Source of the DNA: Gemmatimonadota bacterium
GTDB lineage: Bacteria > Latescibacterota > UBA2968 > UBA8231
DNA length: 64,000 nucleotides
NCBI GenBank assembly: GCA_018672475.1
Contig: JABHFS010000154.1
Location: forward strand, 9,640 to 73,639
Direction: 5' to 3'
Each line of letters opens with the position of its first letter. The first letter of the stretch is position 1. The position numbers were made by a program, and so were the translations under genes. The notes beneath the pieces are model-generated. The model was not told the origin of the DNA and searched no databases. It saw nothing but the letters and a program-made list of their open reading frames with translations. Below, in pieces: positions 37,388 through 47,057 of this stretch.

Positions 37388-37571
37388 ATGTCGATTGAAA
37401 CACAGCTCGACCGTTTTCGCGACCAGGGCTTTTTTGTCGCCGATAATCTGGTGGAGCCTGCGCCAGTGGCGGGAGGACGAGCTGCCGGAGAAGGAAGTGG
37501 ACGAATGCTATGCCTGGCGACCGGCCGACAAGATTCGCGAGACGTTACCGGAGAAGATGCAACTTTATTAG
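37388..37571 (+). pseudogene. PhyH-family dioxygenase N-terminal fragment (~60 codons) with a 1-nt frameshift
   Basis: MSIETQLDRFRDQGFFVADNLVEPA reads as the PhyH N-terminal motif (compare FFIENGYLVVPDLMEEAEL). After a +1 shift near 37455 the reading continues as WREDELPEKEVDECYA... and stops at 37571. Confidence 0.4.
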
Positions 37572-37610
37572 GACCGCTGGCGGTCGTTGCAGCTGGTGTG
37601 ATGTAATCGC

Positions 37611-38366
37611 TTAATGGGTCGGGGTGAAGCGGCAGACTCCGTCAAAGGAGACGCGCAGGCGGGGGTCGCTTTCATAGGGCCAGGGATTATACGAACGGGG
37701 GATGTAGTGTCCGGCCCAGCTGTGGCGGAAGGAACCCGGCTCAAGGATTGGGCCGCCGCGGTGGATCAGCCGGCCGTCGAAGAAGACCACGTCGCCTTTT
37801 TGCGCTTCGACCGAGATTTCGGGCAGGCCGTTCTGTTCGAATAGCGCGTCGAAGGTGTCTTCCTGGTTCCAGCCGTGCCAGCGCCCCTTGCTGCCGTCGA
37901 CGTCCTCCCTGAAATCTTGCTTGTGTATCAGCGGTTTCTTGTGCGATCCGACCTGGATCGCGATGCTGCCGTTTTGCGCGTTGACCTGTTGCAGTGCGAC
38001 CCAGGCCGACATACAGCCGGGCAAGTAGAACGCGTCCTGGTGCCGGCGTTGCTCTGAGCCCTGGTAGAAATACATGCTCTGCACTCCGTCGGGCTCTTCG
38101 CCCAATAGGGTCTGTAGCGGTTGGCGCAGGCGGGCGTCGAGCATCCAGGCGAGGCCGAGCGGGTGGTGCAGGTTGCGGCTGATCACGCGATTCCAGTCGT
38201 CGGGCTCGCGGGGGCCGAAACCTTCAATCTGGATGCGGCCGGCGTGCACATCCAGCATATGGCGCACGAACTCGTCGCATTCGGCGGCGGTATAGGCACC
38301 GGCGAGGGTGGTATAGCCGTCGCGCTCGTATTGCAAGAGATGGTCTGGCGTTAATGTGATGGACAT
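37611..38366 (-). CDS. phytanoyl-CoA dioxygenase (PhyH) family oxygenase
   Basis: LLQYERDGYTTLAGAYTAAECDEF... and H-x-D facial-triad context (RRHQDAFY). Confidence 0.8.
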   Translation of the reverse strand: MSITLTPDHLLQYERDGYTTLAGAYTAAECDEFVRHMLDVHAGRIQIEGFGPREPDDWNRVISRNLHHPLGLAWMLDARLRQPLQTLLGEEPDGVQSMYFYQGSEQRRHQDAFYLPGCMSAWVALQQVNAQNGSIAIQVGSHKKPLIHKQDFREDVDGSKGRWHGWNQEDTFDALFEQNGLPEISVEAQKGDVVFFDGRLIHRGGPILEPGSFRHSWAGHYIPRSYNPWPYESDPRLRVSFDGVCRFTPTH

Positions 38367-38407
38367 GGTTGTGGACCTTTCGGTGGTGTTGCGAGTCTTC
38401 TAAAGGC

Positions 38408-39214
38408 TTAGGCGTTTGATCCCTGAGTGATGGCATCGGTCGCCTGCAGCGCGTCGCGATAGCCATTCGTCAGCGCGCCCAACTCATGGCTGCAGTTGAA
38501 CCAGCGCCCGCCCTTTTCCGCGACGCGGCGCATCGATTCGCCCGGGCCGACCGCGGTGCCCATGGTCTTGCCATTTTTGGCGGCTGCGGCACGGACTCGG
38601 TCGAAGGCGATCTGCACCGGCTCGCTTTCGATGTGGACCCCTTCGCGTTCGACCCCGTAGCTATGCGCCAGGTCACTCGGTCCGACGAAGAGCAGGTCGA
38701 TGCCTTCGACGGCGGCGATGGCTTCGACATTGTCGACCCCGGCGACATCTTCGATCATCACCCCGAGCAAGGTTTCCGTATTAGCCCGGTCGGCGTAATG
38801 CACGAAATCGAGTGTGCCATAGCGTGAATCGCGCCCGCCGCCGACGCCTCTCAGGCCCAGCGGTCGGAACTTGGCCATTTGCACGAATTCGCGCGCTTCG
38901 TCCGCGCTTCCACAATGCGGCCAGACCAATCCGTTGGCGCCTATCTCTAAAGGCTTGATGACCTGGTTATAGGGCCCTTTGGGGATGCGGACGACCACGT
39001 CGAGGTCGACGGTACGCGCTGCCAGGACCATTGCCGATAGCGCGACGAGGTCGAGATGGGAATGCTCCATGTCGATCCAGGCGCAACCGAAGCCGGCCTG
39101 GGCGATGATTTCGACGACAGCGGGGTCGAAGACCCGGTTAATTTCGGCGACCTTTATGGTTTGGCCGCTGAGCATGGCGGCTTTGGTTTTATTGGTTCTG
39201 AAGTCTTCGGTCAT
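38408..39214 (-). CDS. HpcH/HpaI family aldolase (2-keto-3-deoxy acid aldolase)
   Basis: GCAWIDMEHSHLD...VVRIP...LDFGANGLVWPHC pattern of the HpcH/HpaI/citrate-lyase-beta family. Confidence 0.85.
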   Translation of the reverse strand: MTEDFRTNKTKAAMLSGQTIKVAEINRVFDPAVVEIIAQAGFGCAWIDMEHSHLDLVALSAMVLAARTVDLDVVVRIPKGPYNQVIKPLEIGANGLVWPHCGSADEAREFVQMAKFRPLGLRGVGGGRDSRYGTLDFVHYADRANTETLLGVMIEDVAGVDNVEAIAAVEGIDLLFVGPSDLAHSYGVEREGVHIESEPVQIAFDRVRAAAAKNGKTMGTAVGPGESMRRVAEKGGRWFNCSHELGALTNGYRDALQATDAITQGSNA

Positions 39215-39284
39215 GGTGGCTCCGTAGTGAGGCGGGATAGCGATCTTCCCGATTGCGGGGACCGGGGCGAGTTGGCGAGGTGGA

Positions 39285-40073
39285 TCAAGATGGCATATTT
39301 ACTAGGTCGCCACCGATGTTTTCGTCACGGAAGAGTTGTTGGGCTCTTGGCGATAATCCGTCATAGGTCGCCTGGGGAATGCTGACCGATGGATAATGCG
39401 TCTTGAGCCAGCGCTGTGCGTAGATCATTGCCATATTGGGGCGGGCGTTGTCGGAGCGGTTGGGCGTCCCGCGATGCCATAGGCGCAAATCGCGGATCAA
39501 CAGGGAACCGGCGGGCATCAGCACTTCTTCGCTTTGCATCAACGGCGCTAACGTGGCCATATCGGTGCCGGGTGCGGTCAAGTGGGTGCCGGGCCAGATC
39601 TCGATAGGGCCGTTGTCGGTGTGAAAATCGACCAGTGGGATATTGAAGCCGATATTGTAGGTGGGCACCGCCAGGCCGGTTTCGGGAAAGAGCGGATGGG
39701 TATCGGCGTGCACAGCCTGGTATTCGGACCCGTACAAGGGAGTATCCGAAGCGAAATAGGTACAGACGCAGTCGTTGCCGACGATCGCTTCGACTATCGC
39801 TAATACAAAGGGGTTTTCGATAACGCGCGGGTCGATGAATGGTTCGGCAAAGGGCAGGTGCATCTGGTAACGGTTGCTGCCGCGGTTTTGCTCGGTGCTG
39901 GCGATATGCGCGTTGAAGACCTGCATGAATTCGGCGTGCATTGCCGCTATGAGGTCGGGCGGCAGGACGTTCTCGAAGAGCACGTAGCCATTGCTTTTGA
40001 AATGTTGTACGGAGAGGTTAAGCGTTTCGGGGTTTAGGGTGTTGCTGGCGAGTTCGGTTGCGCTGAGTTGCAT
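39285..40073 (-). CDS. phytanoyl-CoA dioxygenase (PhyH) family oxygenase
   Basis: FKSNGYVLFENVLPPDLIAAMHAEF... plus the HADTHP facial-triad region. The start is placed at the MQLSATE methionine. Confidence 0.8.
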   Translation of the reverse strand: MQLSATELASNTLNPETLNLSVQHFKSNGYVLFENVLPPDLIAAMHAEFMQVFNAHIASTEQNRGSNRYQMHLPFAEPFIDPRVIENPFVLAIVEAIVGNDCVCTYFASDTPLYGSEYQAVHADTHPLFPETGLAVPTYNIGFNIPLVDFHTDNGPIEIWPGTHLTAPGTDMATLAPLMQSEEVLMPAGSLLIRDLRLWHRGTPNRSDNARPNMAMIYAQRWLKTHYPSVSIPQATYDGLSPRAQQLFRDENIGGDLVNMPS

Positions 40074-40304
40074 GGGGCCTCGTTGGTGTCGATTGCGTCT
40101 TATGATAATTAACTGTTTCTCAGCCCACAAGTACCGCGATTGGAAGTGGGAATGGAGAATGGTATATTACGATTTTTAACGATTTATCCGTCTACAAATA
40201 CAGGGATTTATAGGGGGGGGGATTGACCATGGCCGAATACGATAGGCAATTGTTTCCCAACCCGCGGGCACAGGAGTTTTCTGGCGTATGGTCCCGAGCA
40301 ATAG

Positions 40305-40685
40305 GAGAGACTAAACCAGGACGCTTTTGCCGCGGCCAAGGCCGAAACTACCCGTTGGCCGGGCTATGAACAGACGCCGTTGATTGCGCTCGATGGGCTG
40401 GTGGCCACAAAAGGAGTTGGTGCTTTGTGGTGCAAACACGAGGGGTTTCGCTTTGGGATCGGGAGTTTTAAGCCGACGGGGCCGACCTATGCGATGTTGA
40501 CAGTGTTGAAGGGGGAGGTGCAAAAGGCCACTGGATTACAGAACGTGGATACGCGGGATATTGTGGTGACGGCGGCGACAGAGCGGGCGACCGACCCGGA
40601 GGTGTATCGGGCGATTGTCGGGCGAGAGGCAGATGAAGTGATGGCCATAGGTTCTATCGGGAATCACGAAGGTTGCAGAATGTAG
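40305..40685 (+). pseudogene. diaminopropionate ammonia-lyase-like (PLP fold-type II) gene relic, N- and C-terminally truncated
   Basis: PGYEQTPLIALDGLVATKGVGALWCKHEGFRFGIGSFKPTG...GSIGNHEG aligns with E. coli YgeX residues ~40-135 (GYRPTPLCALDDLANLFGVKKILVKDESKRFGLNAFKMLG...DGNHGRG). There is no ATG start, and a stop follows the GNHEG motif. Confidence 0.5.
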
Positions 40686-40713
40686 AAGCCCGCCTCGATC
40701 GACCCGCCTCCTC

Positions 40714-41709
40714 TCAGTATTCCAGCAGGACCTTGCCGGTCTGGCCGGCGGCCATCATGCGGAAGGCCTCGGGGGCTTCCGCGAAGGGGAAGCGATGGGT
40801 GATCAGGCGGTCAACGGCCAACCCCCCACGATAGAGTTCGAGCATGGCCGGAAATTGGCCGAAGTGATAGTACCAGGACCCGAGCGCGGTGATATCGCGG
40901 CGGATAAAGTCGGCGCTCGGGGAAAGCTCTATGGCGGGTTGCTCGCCGTTGAAGGCCACGGTGCCGGCGGTGCGCACGGCGGCGAAACATTGTTTGGCGC
41001 TTTCGGGGCGTCCGGCCGCCTCAATACAGACGTCGGCGCCACGACCCGCGGTCAGTTCGCGGATGGCTGCGACGGGGTCCAGGTCTTTGCTGGCTTGCAA
41101 TACATGAGCCGCGCCGAGTTCCCCGGCGAACTCCAGGCGTTTGGCAACGACATCGACGGCGATTACTTGGCGGCCGAGATGGCTGTGCAATAGGGCATTG
41201 CCTAGGCCGATCGGGCCCATGCCAAAGATCGCGACGGATTCGATCGGCTCATTCTTAAGTTTGGTGGAGGTGTGGTAAGGCACGCCGAAGCCGTCCCCGG
41301 AAATTAACAGACCCACTTCCCAGGAAAGCTCGTCGGGCAGCAGATGGCAGGCGTTGGCCTTGGTGATGAAATACTCGGCGTGCATGCTGTTGTGTGTGAC
41401 TAGGTCGGGGCAGTAGGTATATTGGCCTTTGGCGCAGTAGGTGCATGCGCCGCAGCCGGCGACCGCGCTGACGCCGACGCGCTGTCCCTCTTTGAGTTGA
41501 GTGACATCGGGGCCGAGTTGTGCGACGATGCCGGCGGACTCGTGACCCGTATTGCCCATCTGCATGCCGGCGCCGTGGTAGGGTTTTAGTTCGCTGCCGC
41601 AGAGGGCGGAGACTTGCGTTTGAATCAGGACCTCGCCGGGACCGGGTGCGGGGGCGGGGGTGTCGATACAGACGACGGTGGATTGGCCTGGCATTTGCAA
41701 TGATCGCAT
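40714..41709 (-). CDS. zinc-dependent alcohol dehydrogenase (MDR; threonine/sorbitol dehydrogenase-like)
   Basis: GHE catalytic Zn motif (NTGHESAGIV), structural Zn cysteines (CGACTYC), and GxGxxG (GMGPIGLG). Confidence 0.85.
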   Translation of the reverse strand: MRSLQMPGQSTVVCIDTPAPAPGPGEVLIQTQVSALCGSELKPYHGAGMQMGNTGHESAGIVAQLGPDVTQLKEGQRVGVSAVAGCGACTYCAKGQYTYCPDLVTHNSMHAEYFITKANACHLLPDELSWEVGLLISGDGFGVPYHTSTKLKNEPIESVAIFGMGPIGLGNALLHSHLGRQVIAVDVVAKRLEFAGELGAAHVLQASKDLDPVAAIRELTAGRGADVCIEAAGRPESAKQCFAAVRTAGTVAFNGEQPAIELSPSADFIRRDITALGSWYYHFGQFPAMLELYRGGLAVDRLITHRFPFAEAPEAFRMMAAGQTGKVLLEY

Positions 41710-41712
41710 AGC

Positions 41713-42708
41713 TTATAGTTCCAGGGGGAGTTCGGTGGCGAGGTTTATGGGGCGTTTTTGCGCGATTGATCGTTTGATCGCCGCCTCGACTTGCAACTCC
41801 TGCAGGCCGGCTAGCCCGGGCACGGGCGGCGGTTGGCCCTGGCGCAGCGATTCGAGATAGGCGAGGATGGACTTGACGAAGGAGGCGTCATACTGGTCCC
41901 AGCGCGAGCGGTCGCGGGCGATGGCGTGTGTTTCGTGGCGGCCGCTGTGGTGGTCGAGTACTTCCATATCCCCGTCGAGGTCGCGGATGTGGATGCGGCC
42001 CTTTTCGAAGTTGAAGGTCAATTCGAGCAGCGGCAAGGTCCAGTCCAACATCGAAGTGCCGATCAGGGTGCCGGTGGCGTCCTGCCCGGTGCGGAAGGCG
42101 GCGGTAACGTCTTGGGCGGCCATGCGTTCGCCGCGCACGTTTTGGCTTTGCAGGGCGGTGAGTTCGACGATGGGGTCGGCGAAGTGGTGCACGAGGTCGA
42201 TAGCGTGGCTCCAGCAGGCGTAGTGCACCAACCCGGTGATATTGACCGCGTGGCCAAAATGGCGCTCGGCGATCAGCTCTTTGGCTTTGAGCGGCTGGTC
42301 GAAGAAGCGGTAGTTGAAGATCATCGCCGTTTCGCAGTCTTGCGCGGCGGCTTGCTGTAACAGGGCACGGGCTTCGGTGAAGTCCTCTTCGCGCACGTCT
42401 TCCTGGCCATTGGCGGCAACCAGCGGTTTTTCAAAAAATAGCCGTTTGGGTTTCAGTTCGAGCAGCGCTTGCGCTGTGGCGAGGCGTTCGCTTTCGCGGG
42501 TCAGAACGAAGATCGAATCTGGCGCCCAGGCGACAAGGGCCGCGAGCGAGTCGAATACGTCGCCGCCGAATTCCGCGGCGACCGCGTCGGCTTTCTCCTT
42601 GGTGCGGTTGTAGTAGCCTAACTGGACGTCTTCCTGGCCTGCCAGGCACGGGATGTAATTTCGCTTGGCGACGTTGCCGGTACCGACTATGCCGATTTTC
42701 AATGTCAT
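41713..42708 (-). CDS. Gfo/Idh/MocA family oxidoreductase
   Basis: MTLKIGIVGTGNVAKRNYIPCL N-terminus. The listed 433-aa ORF carries a 102-aa N-terminal extension that is probably not translated. Confidence 0.85.
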   Translation of the reverse strand: MTLKIGIVGTGNVAKRNYIPCLAGQEDVQLGYYNRTKEKADAVAAEFGGDVFDSLAALVAWAPDSIFVLTRESERLATAQALLELKPKRLFFEKPLVAANGQEDVREEDFTEARALLQQAAAQDCETAMIFNYRFFDQPLKAKELIAERHFGHAVNITGLVHYACWSHAIDLVHHFADPIVELTALQSQNVRGERMAAQDVTAAFRTGQDATGTLIGTSMLDWTLPLLELTFNFEKGRIHIRDLDGDMEVLDHHSGRHETHAIARDRSRWDQYDASFVKSILAYLESLRQGQPPPVPGLAGLQELQVEAAIKRSIAQKRPINLATELPLEL

Positions 42709-42834
42709 GGTAGTTATTCCCCGTGGTTGAAGTGGCTCGAATATAGATCTATTATCCCGGCGATTCAATAAGGCTTGTCGATCCTTCGGATATTTTTCTA
42801 TACTTGTCGCACATCCACCAACAGGAGCAGCAGA

Positions 42835-43539
42835 ATGATACCATTGGACTATGGGCGTTCGTTTTTGATCGGCAAGGCGCCGGATAACAAAGTGCGGTTT
42901 TGGGTTGAATCGAGGACGCGGATCATTGACGAGGCGTCGGGGCAGTTTGAGGACTATGTACAGGTCGGTTCGTGCAAGAGCGAGCATACCTTCGCAGAAA
43001 AGGACCTGTTGCACGAAGACAATTACGATTTTCTCCCCGTATTCGGTCCCGAATGGTCGGTCATCTATCGGCGTCCCGCCGCGTTGAGCGAAAACTATCG
43101 GGAAATTCGCCGGTCAGTGGAGTGGTGGGACGGACAGAAATACCATTTGCTCGAAGGCAAGGATGTCGAGGAATTGACGAGTAATGAGGCGATTCGCGAG
43201 GCGACCTACGACTTCGCGCCGATCGTCACCCAGACCGAGGTATGGAACAAGGATACGGGTTTGCGGGCTATTATCGAATGTCCGGTCAAGACGATGAACA
43301 CTAAACGCGAAGGCGATATCTACCAGGTTGACACCGGCCCTGTGGCTTTTCCCGATTTAAGCCAGCGTTATGATCGCCACGTTGATAGTCTCTCGCTGGC
43401 CTATGTCGTCTTTAATGCGCCGGGCTTCGCTGATTTCGTGTTAGAAGCCCCGACCGCGGTGGGCAGCGAACAGGTCCACCACTATTCTAAGATAATATCG
43501 TTGGACGCTGAGAATCGCGTCTATGCGGTGCGTGGCTGA
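42835..43539 (+). CDS. hypothetical protein
   Basis: 235-aa ORF directly upstream of, and probably co-transcribed with, the enolase-superfamily gene. No family recognised. Confidence 0.5.
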   Translation: MIPLDYGRSFLIGKAPDNKVRFWVESRTRIIDEASGQFEDYVQVGSCKSEHTFAEKDLLHEDNYDFLPVFGPEWSVIYRRPAALSENYREIRRSVEWWDGQKYHLLEGKDVEELTSNEAIREATYDFAPIVTQTEVWNKDTGLRAIIECPVKTMNTKREGDIYQVDTGPVAFPDLSQRYDRHVDSLSLAYVVFNAPGFADFVLEAPTAVGSEQVHHYSKIISLDAENRVYAVRG

Positions 43540-43573
43540 ATATACATTTATAGTAGAGTGTAAAGGGGATATT

Positions 43574-44662
43574 GTGAAAATCACTGCGGTAAAAACGATT
43601 CCGATCGATAGGGCGCGTCACGGGGTTTTGGGCTATCTGGTCACTGTCGAGACCGACGAGGGCATCGTGGGTTTAGGGGAAGTCGCGGCGGATTGCCATC
43701 CGGCGACCGTTGCCTTCGCCATTCGCGGGATGGATCTGGTAGGGCGCGACCCGATGGCGATCGAGGCGCTATGGCAGACTTTCTACCAGCAGCAATTCTG
43801 GCGCGGCGGGCCGATTTGGACCAGCGCGATCAGCGGGGTAGAGCAGGCGCTGTGGGATATCAAGGGTAAGGCCTTAGGCGTGCCGGTATATCAGTTGTTA
43901 GGCGGCAAGTTGCGGGAGGAGATTCCGCTGTATACACATACGCTCTTTGGCAACCAGTCTCCGGGCGAATTTGCTACATCGGCGCGCGAGGCGGTGGCGT
44001 TGGGTTTTAAGGCGGTGAAATTTGACCCGCTGGGTTTGGCACAGCAGCGGATGGATATCGGCGAGATGCGTTTGGCGGTGGAGCGGGTTAGGGCGACCCG
44101 TGCGGCCGTCGGCGACGACGTGGATATTTTAATCGAAGGCCACGGTAGGCTCAGCCCCAATACGGCGATCCGTATGGCGCGTATGTTCGAGGAGTTCAAC
44201 CCCTTCTTTTTTGAAGAGCCGGTGCCGCCGGAGAATGTCGACGAGATGGCCAAGGTCGCCGCGGCGATCAATATTCCGGTCGCCGCCGGGGAGCGGCTGT
44301 ACACCCGTTGGAGTTTTCGCGAATTGCTGGAAAAACAGGCCGTCGATTATATACAGCCGGACCTGTGCCATTGCGGCGGCTTTTACGAAGGGCACAAGAT
44401 TGCGACATTAGCTGAGACCTATCATATTCGCGTTTTACCGCACAATCCGAATGGCCCGATCTCGACGTTGGTCGGGGTGCATCTCGGCGCCTGCACCGCC
44501 AATTTCGAGATGTTGGAATATCCACGTCAACCGGAGGACCGGGTGGTGGTCCTGAAGAATATGCCGGTGGTTGAACATGGTGCGATCCGGGTGCCGGAGG
44601 GACCGGGTTGGGGGGTAGAAATTGATGAAGAGGCGTTGGCGGAGTTTAGTCCGGAGGTGTAA
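43574..44662 (+). CDS. enolase-superfamily dehydratase (mandelate racemase/muconate lactonising enzyme family; D-galactonate dehydratase-like)
   Basis: VKITAVKTIPI...VETDEGIVGLGE...EQALWDIKGKALGVPVYQLLGG N-terminal capping domain, plus barrel-domain metal-ligand context (KFDPLG...EEP...E). GTG start with an aaagggga RBS. Confidence 0.85.
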   Translation: MKITAVKTIPIDRARHGVLGYLVTVETDEGIVGLGEVAADCHPATVAFAIRGMDLVGRDPMAIEALWQTFYQQQFWRGGPIWTSAISGVEQALWDIKGKALGVPVYQLLGGKLREEIPLYTHTLFGNQSPGEFATSAREAVALGFKAVKFDPLGLAQQRMDIGEMRLAVERVRATRAAVGDDVDILIEGHGRLSPNTAIRMARMFEEFNPFFFEEPVPPENVDEMAKVAAAINIPVAAGERLYTRWSFRELLEKQAVDYIQPDLCHCGGFYEGHKIATLAETYHIRVLPHNPNGPISTLVGVHLGACTANFEMLEYPRQPEDRVVVLKNMPVVEHGAIRVPEGPGWGVEIDEEALAEFSPEV

Positions 44663-44918
44663 GAGGCCGTCTTTGGCGGGGTTGTTTATTGGGTTTAAAA
44701 CGCTCAGGGCGATCCGATCAAGCCTATTGCATCGAGTACCGTGCCAATTTTTTCGACCTCTTCGTCCGTCGACGCCAAGGCCGGCGCGCGCAAATGCCGC
44801 GAGGCGATCCCAAGGTAGGGGAAAAACGTTTAGGCTTCCAGCGCGCGAGTTGATCGCATTGGGATTAAGCAGCAAATTATTCTGGGTGAAAACTTCATCG
44901 TACGGACGGGGAATCTAG

Positions 44919-45743
44919 ATGTTATTTACCGACGCGGAAATCGAACAATACAAAGAGCAGGGTTATCTACAGGGACCGCGCGTATTTTCCGATGGGCAGA
45001 TCGTCGTTTTGCAGCAGCACATCGACGAGATCCTCGACGGACGGGTCGACTTCCCCAAACACCTGATGGGCGAGACCATCGAGCAATCTGGTGCCAAGGG
45101 GCAATTGCCCTCGGTCAAGGTGGTCAATCTGTTTCGCCACGATCCGGTTTTCGCCGAAGTGGTCGACAATGTTGGAATCGGCGAGCTGGCGCATCAATTG
45201 ATGCAGGGGCCGGTACGGCTATGGGAAGACCAGATGATCTACAAGCCCTCGTTCGACGAGCGCACGGTGTTGGCCTGGCACCAAGACTATACGTATTGGG
45301 ACCACGTGGGGCCGGCCGATATGGGCACCTGCTGGATCGCGTTAGAGGACGCGACAGTCGACAATGGCTGTATGCACGTGGTGCCGGGCAGCCACCGCTG
45401 GGATCTCGATTATACGCGTGAGGACGTCGATGGCAGCGACCCGGACTGGCTGTTGAAGCGGCCGGATATTCCGGTCGGCGCGGATCTTGCACCGGTGGCC
45501 TGCGAGGTTGCGGCCGGGCATTGCCATTTTCACCACTGTAAGACATTTCACGGCTCCTTCGGCAATCGCACCGCCGACGCTCGCCGCAGTTATATCATGC
45601 ACCTGATGCCCGGCAATACCCGGCGTCTGGGCGACAACTGGAACGAACGCCAAGGTGATGTCGAAATCGTGCCGGTCGGCGCGGTGCTTGAGGGCGCGAC
45701 CTATCCCGAGTTGAAAACTGCGGCGTCGCAGGATTCAGCATAA
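44919..45743 (+). CDS. phytanoyl-CoA dioxygenase (PhyH) family oxygenase
   Basis: FTDAEIEQYKEQGYLQGPRVF... plus the WHQDYTYW (H-x-D) and C-terminal His context. Confidence 0.8.
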   Translation: MLFTDAEIEQYKEQGYLQGPRVFSDGQIVVLQQHIDEILDGRVDFPKHLMGETIEQSGAKGQLPSVKVVNLFRHDPVFAEVVDNVGIGELAHQLMQGPVRLWEDQMIYKPSFDERTVLAWHQDYTYWDHVGPADMGTCWIALEDATVDNGCMHVVPGSHRWDLDYTREDVDGSDPDWLLKRPDIPVGADLAPVACEVAAGHCHFHHCKTFHGSFGNRTADARRSYIMHLMPGNTRRLGDNWNERQGDVEIVPVGAVLEGATYPELKTAASQDSA

Positions 45744-45766
45744 CCTGCTACTACGGAATTTTAATC

Positions 45767-47050
45767 ATGAGCGTTGATTCAATTGAAATGCAAGCACTGC
45801 AAAAACCCCTCGATGTTACGGTCGCGGTGCCCGGTTCGAAAAGCTATACCAACCGGGCGTTATTGGTCGCGGCCTTGGCCGAGGGGGAGTCGTCGCTTAC
45901 AGGCGCGCTTTTCAGCGATGACACCGACTATATGGTCCAGTCGTTGCGCAAGCTCGGTGTCGCGGTGGAGGCGGACCCGGCGACGGCTCGTTTCGTCGTG
46001 CCCGGCAATGGCGGGAAGATTCCGGTCGACAAAGCTGAGCTCTATATTGGGAATTCGGGCACTACTTCTCGGTCAATCATCAGCTATGTCGCACTCGGTG
46101 ACGGGACCTTCGTCGTCGATGGCGATGAACCGATGCGCACGAGTCGCCCGATCTCCGATTTGCTTGAGGCGCTCGGCCGTTTAGGGGTCGACGCGCGTTC
46201 GCGCTTTGACAATGGCTGCCTGCCGGTCGAGGTGCGGGCGCGGGGTTTTAAAGGAGGTACAACACAGCTTGATGCCAGCAAGAGCAGCCAGTTCCTCACC
46301 TCGTTGATGCTCGCCGGTCCGCATACGCAAGAAGGGCTCGATATCGAAATGCTCGGAGAGTACAAGACCCAGTATATCGATATCACCATGGCGGTGATGC
46401 GGGCGTTCGGGGCCGAGGTCGAGCATGAGAATTACCGGCGTTTTCGCATCGCCGGCGGCCAGTGTTATCAAGCGCGGGACTATGCGATCGAGCCGGACGC
46501 CTCAAACGCCTCGTATTTCTTTGCCGCCGCCGCGCTGACGGGCGGGCGAGTGCGCGTCGACGATATAACCGCTGATTCGGCGCAAGGTGATATCCGCTTC
46601 GTCGACGTACTCGAGCAAATGGGTTGCACGGTGAACCGCGACGACAAGGGGATTGAAGTTATCGGGCCGAAAAAACTCAAGGGCATCGACGTCGACATGA
46701 AGGCGATTTCCGATACCTCCCTGACGCTGGCGGCGATTGCACCCTTTGCCGAAGGCCCCGTACATATCCGCAATGTCGAGCATTCGCGCTGGCAGGAGAC
46801 CGATCGAGTCGCCGCGATGGCCACCGAGTTGCGGCGTCTCGGCGTCGAAGTCGAGGAGCACCAGGACGGGATATCGGTTAGTCCTTCGCAACCGCAGCCC
46901 GCCGCTGTCGACACCTATGAAGATCATCGCGTGGCGATGAGTTTTGCGCTGATTGGGCTGAAGGTGCCGGGTATTCGCATCAATAATCCGGGGTGCGTCA
47001 GCAAGACTTTTCCGACGTATTTTGAGGTTTGGCAGGCGTTGAGGAACTAG
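45767..47050 (+). CDS. aroA: 3-phosphoshikimate 1-carboxyvinyltransferase (EPSP synthase) homolog
   Basis: LPGSKSYTNRALL, GNSGTTSR, DASNASYFFAAAAL, RWQETDRVAAMATELRRLGVEVEE and YEDHRVAMSFALIGL all match E. coli AroA blocks. Confidence 0.8.
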   Translation: MSVDSIEMQALQKPLDVTVAVPGSKSYTNRALLVAALAEGESSLTGALFSDDTDYMVQSLRKLGVAVEADPATARFVVPGNGGKIPVDKAELYIGNSGTTSRSIISYVALGDGTFVVDGDEPMRTSRPISDLLEALGRLGVDARSRFDNGCLPVEVRARGFKGGTTQLDASKSSQFLTSLMLAGPHTQEGLDIEMLGEYKTQYIDITMAVMRAFGAEVEHENYRRFRIAGGQCYQARDYAIEPDASNASYFFAAAALTGGRVRVDDITADSAQGDIRFVDVLEQMGCTVNRDDKGIEVIGPKKLKGIDVDMKAISDTSLTLAAIAPFAEGPVHIRNVEHSRWQETDRVAAMATELRRLGVEVEEHQDGISVSPSQPQPAAVDTYEDHRVAMSFALIGLKVPGIRINNPGCVSKTFPTYFEVWQALRN

Positions 47051-47057
47051 GTGGGTT

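Noticed and set aside
37032-37606. 179-aa and 95-aa plus-strand ORFs spanning the end of the 410-aa gene and the PhyH fragment
   Set aside because: These are chimeric reading frames produced by the ORF finder. Only the 37388-37571 portion has protein-like (PhyH N-terminal) signal, and it is reported as a relic instead.
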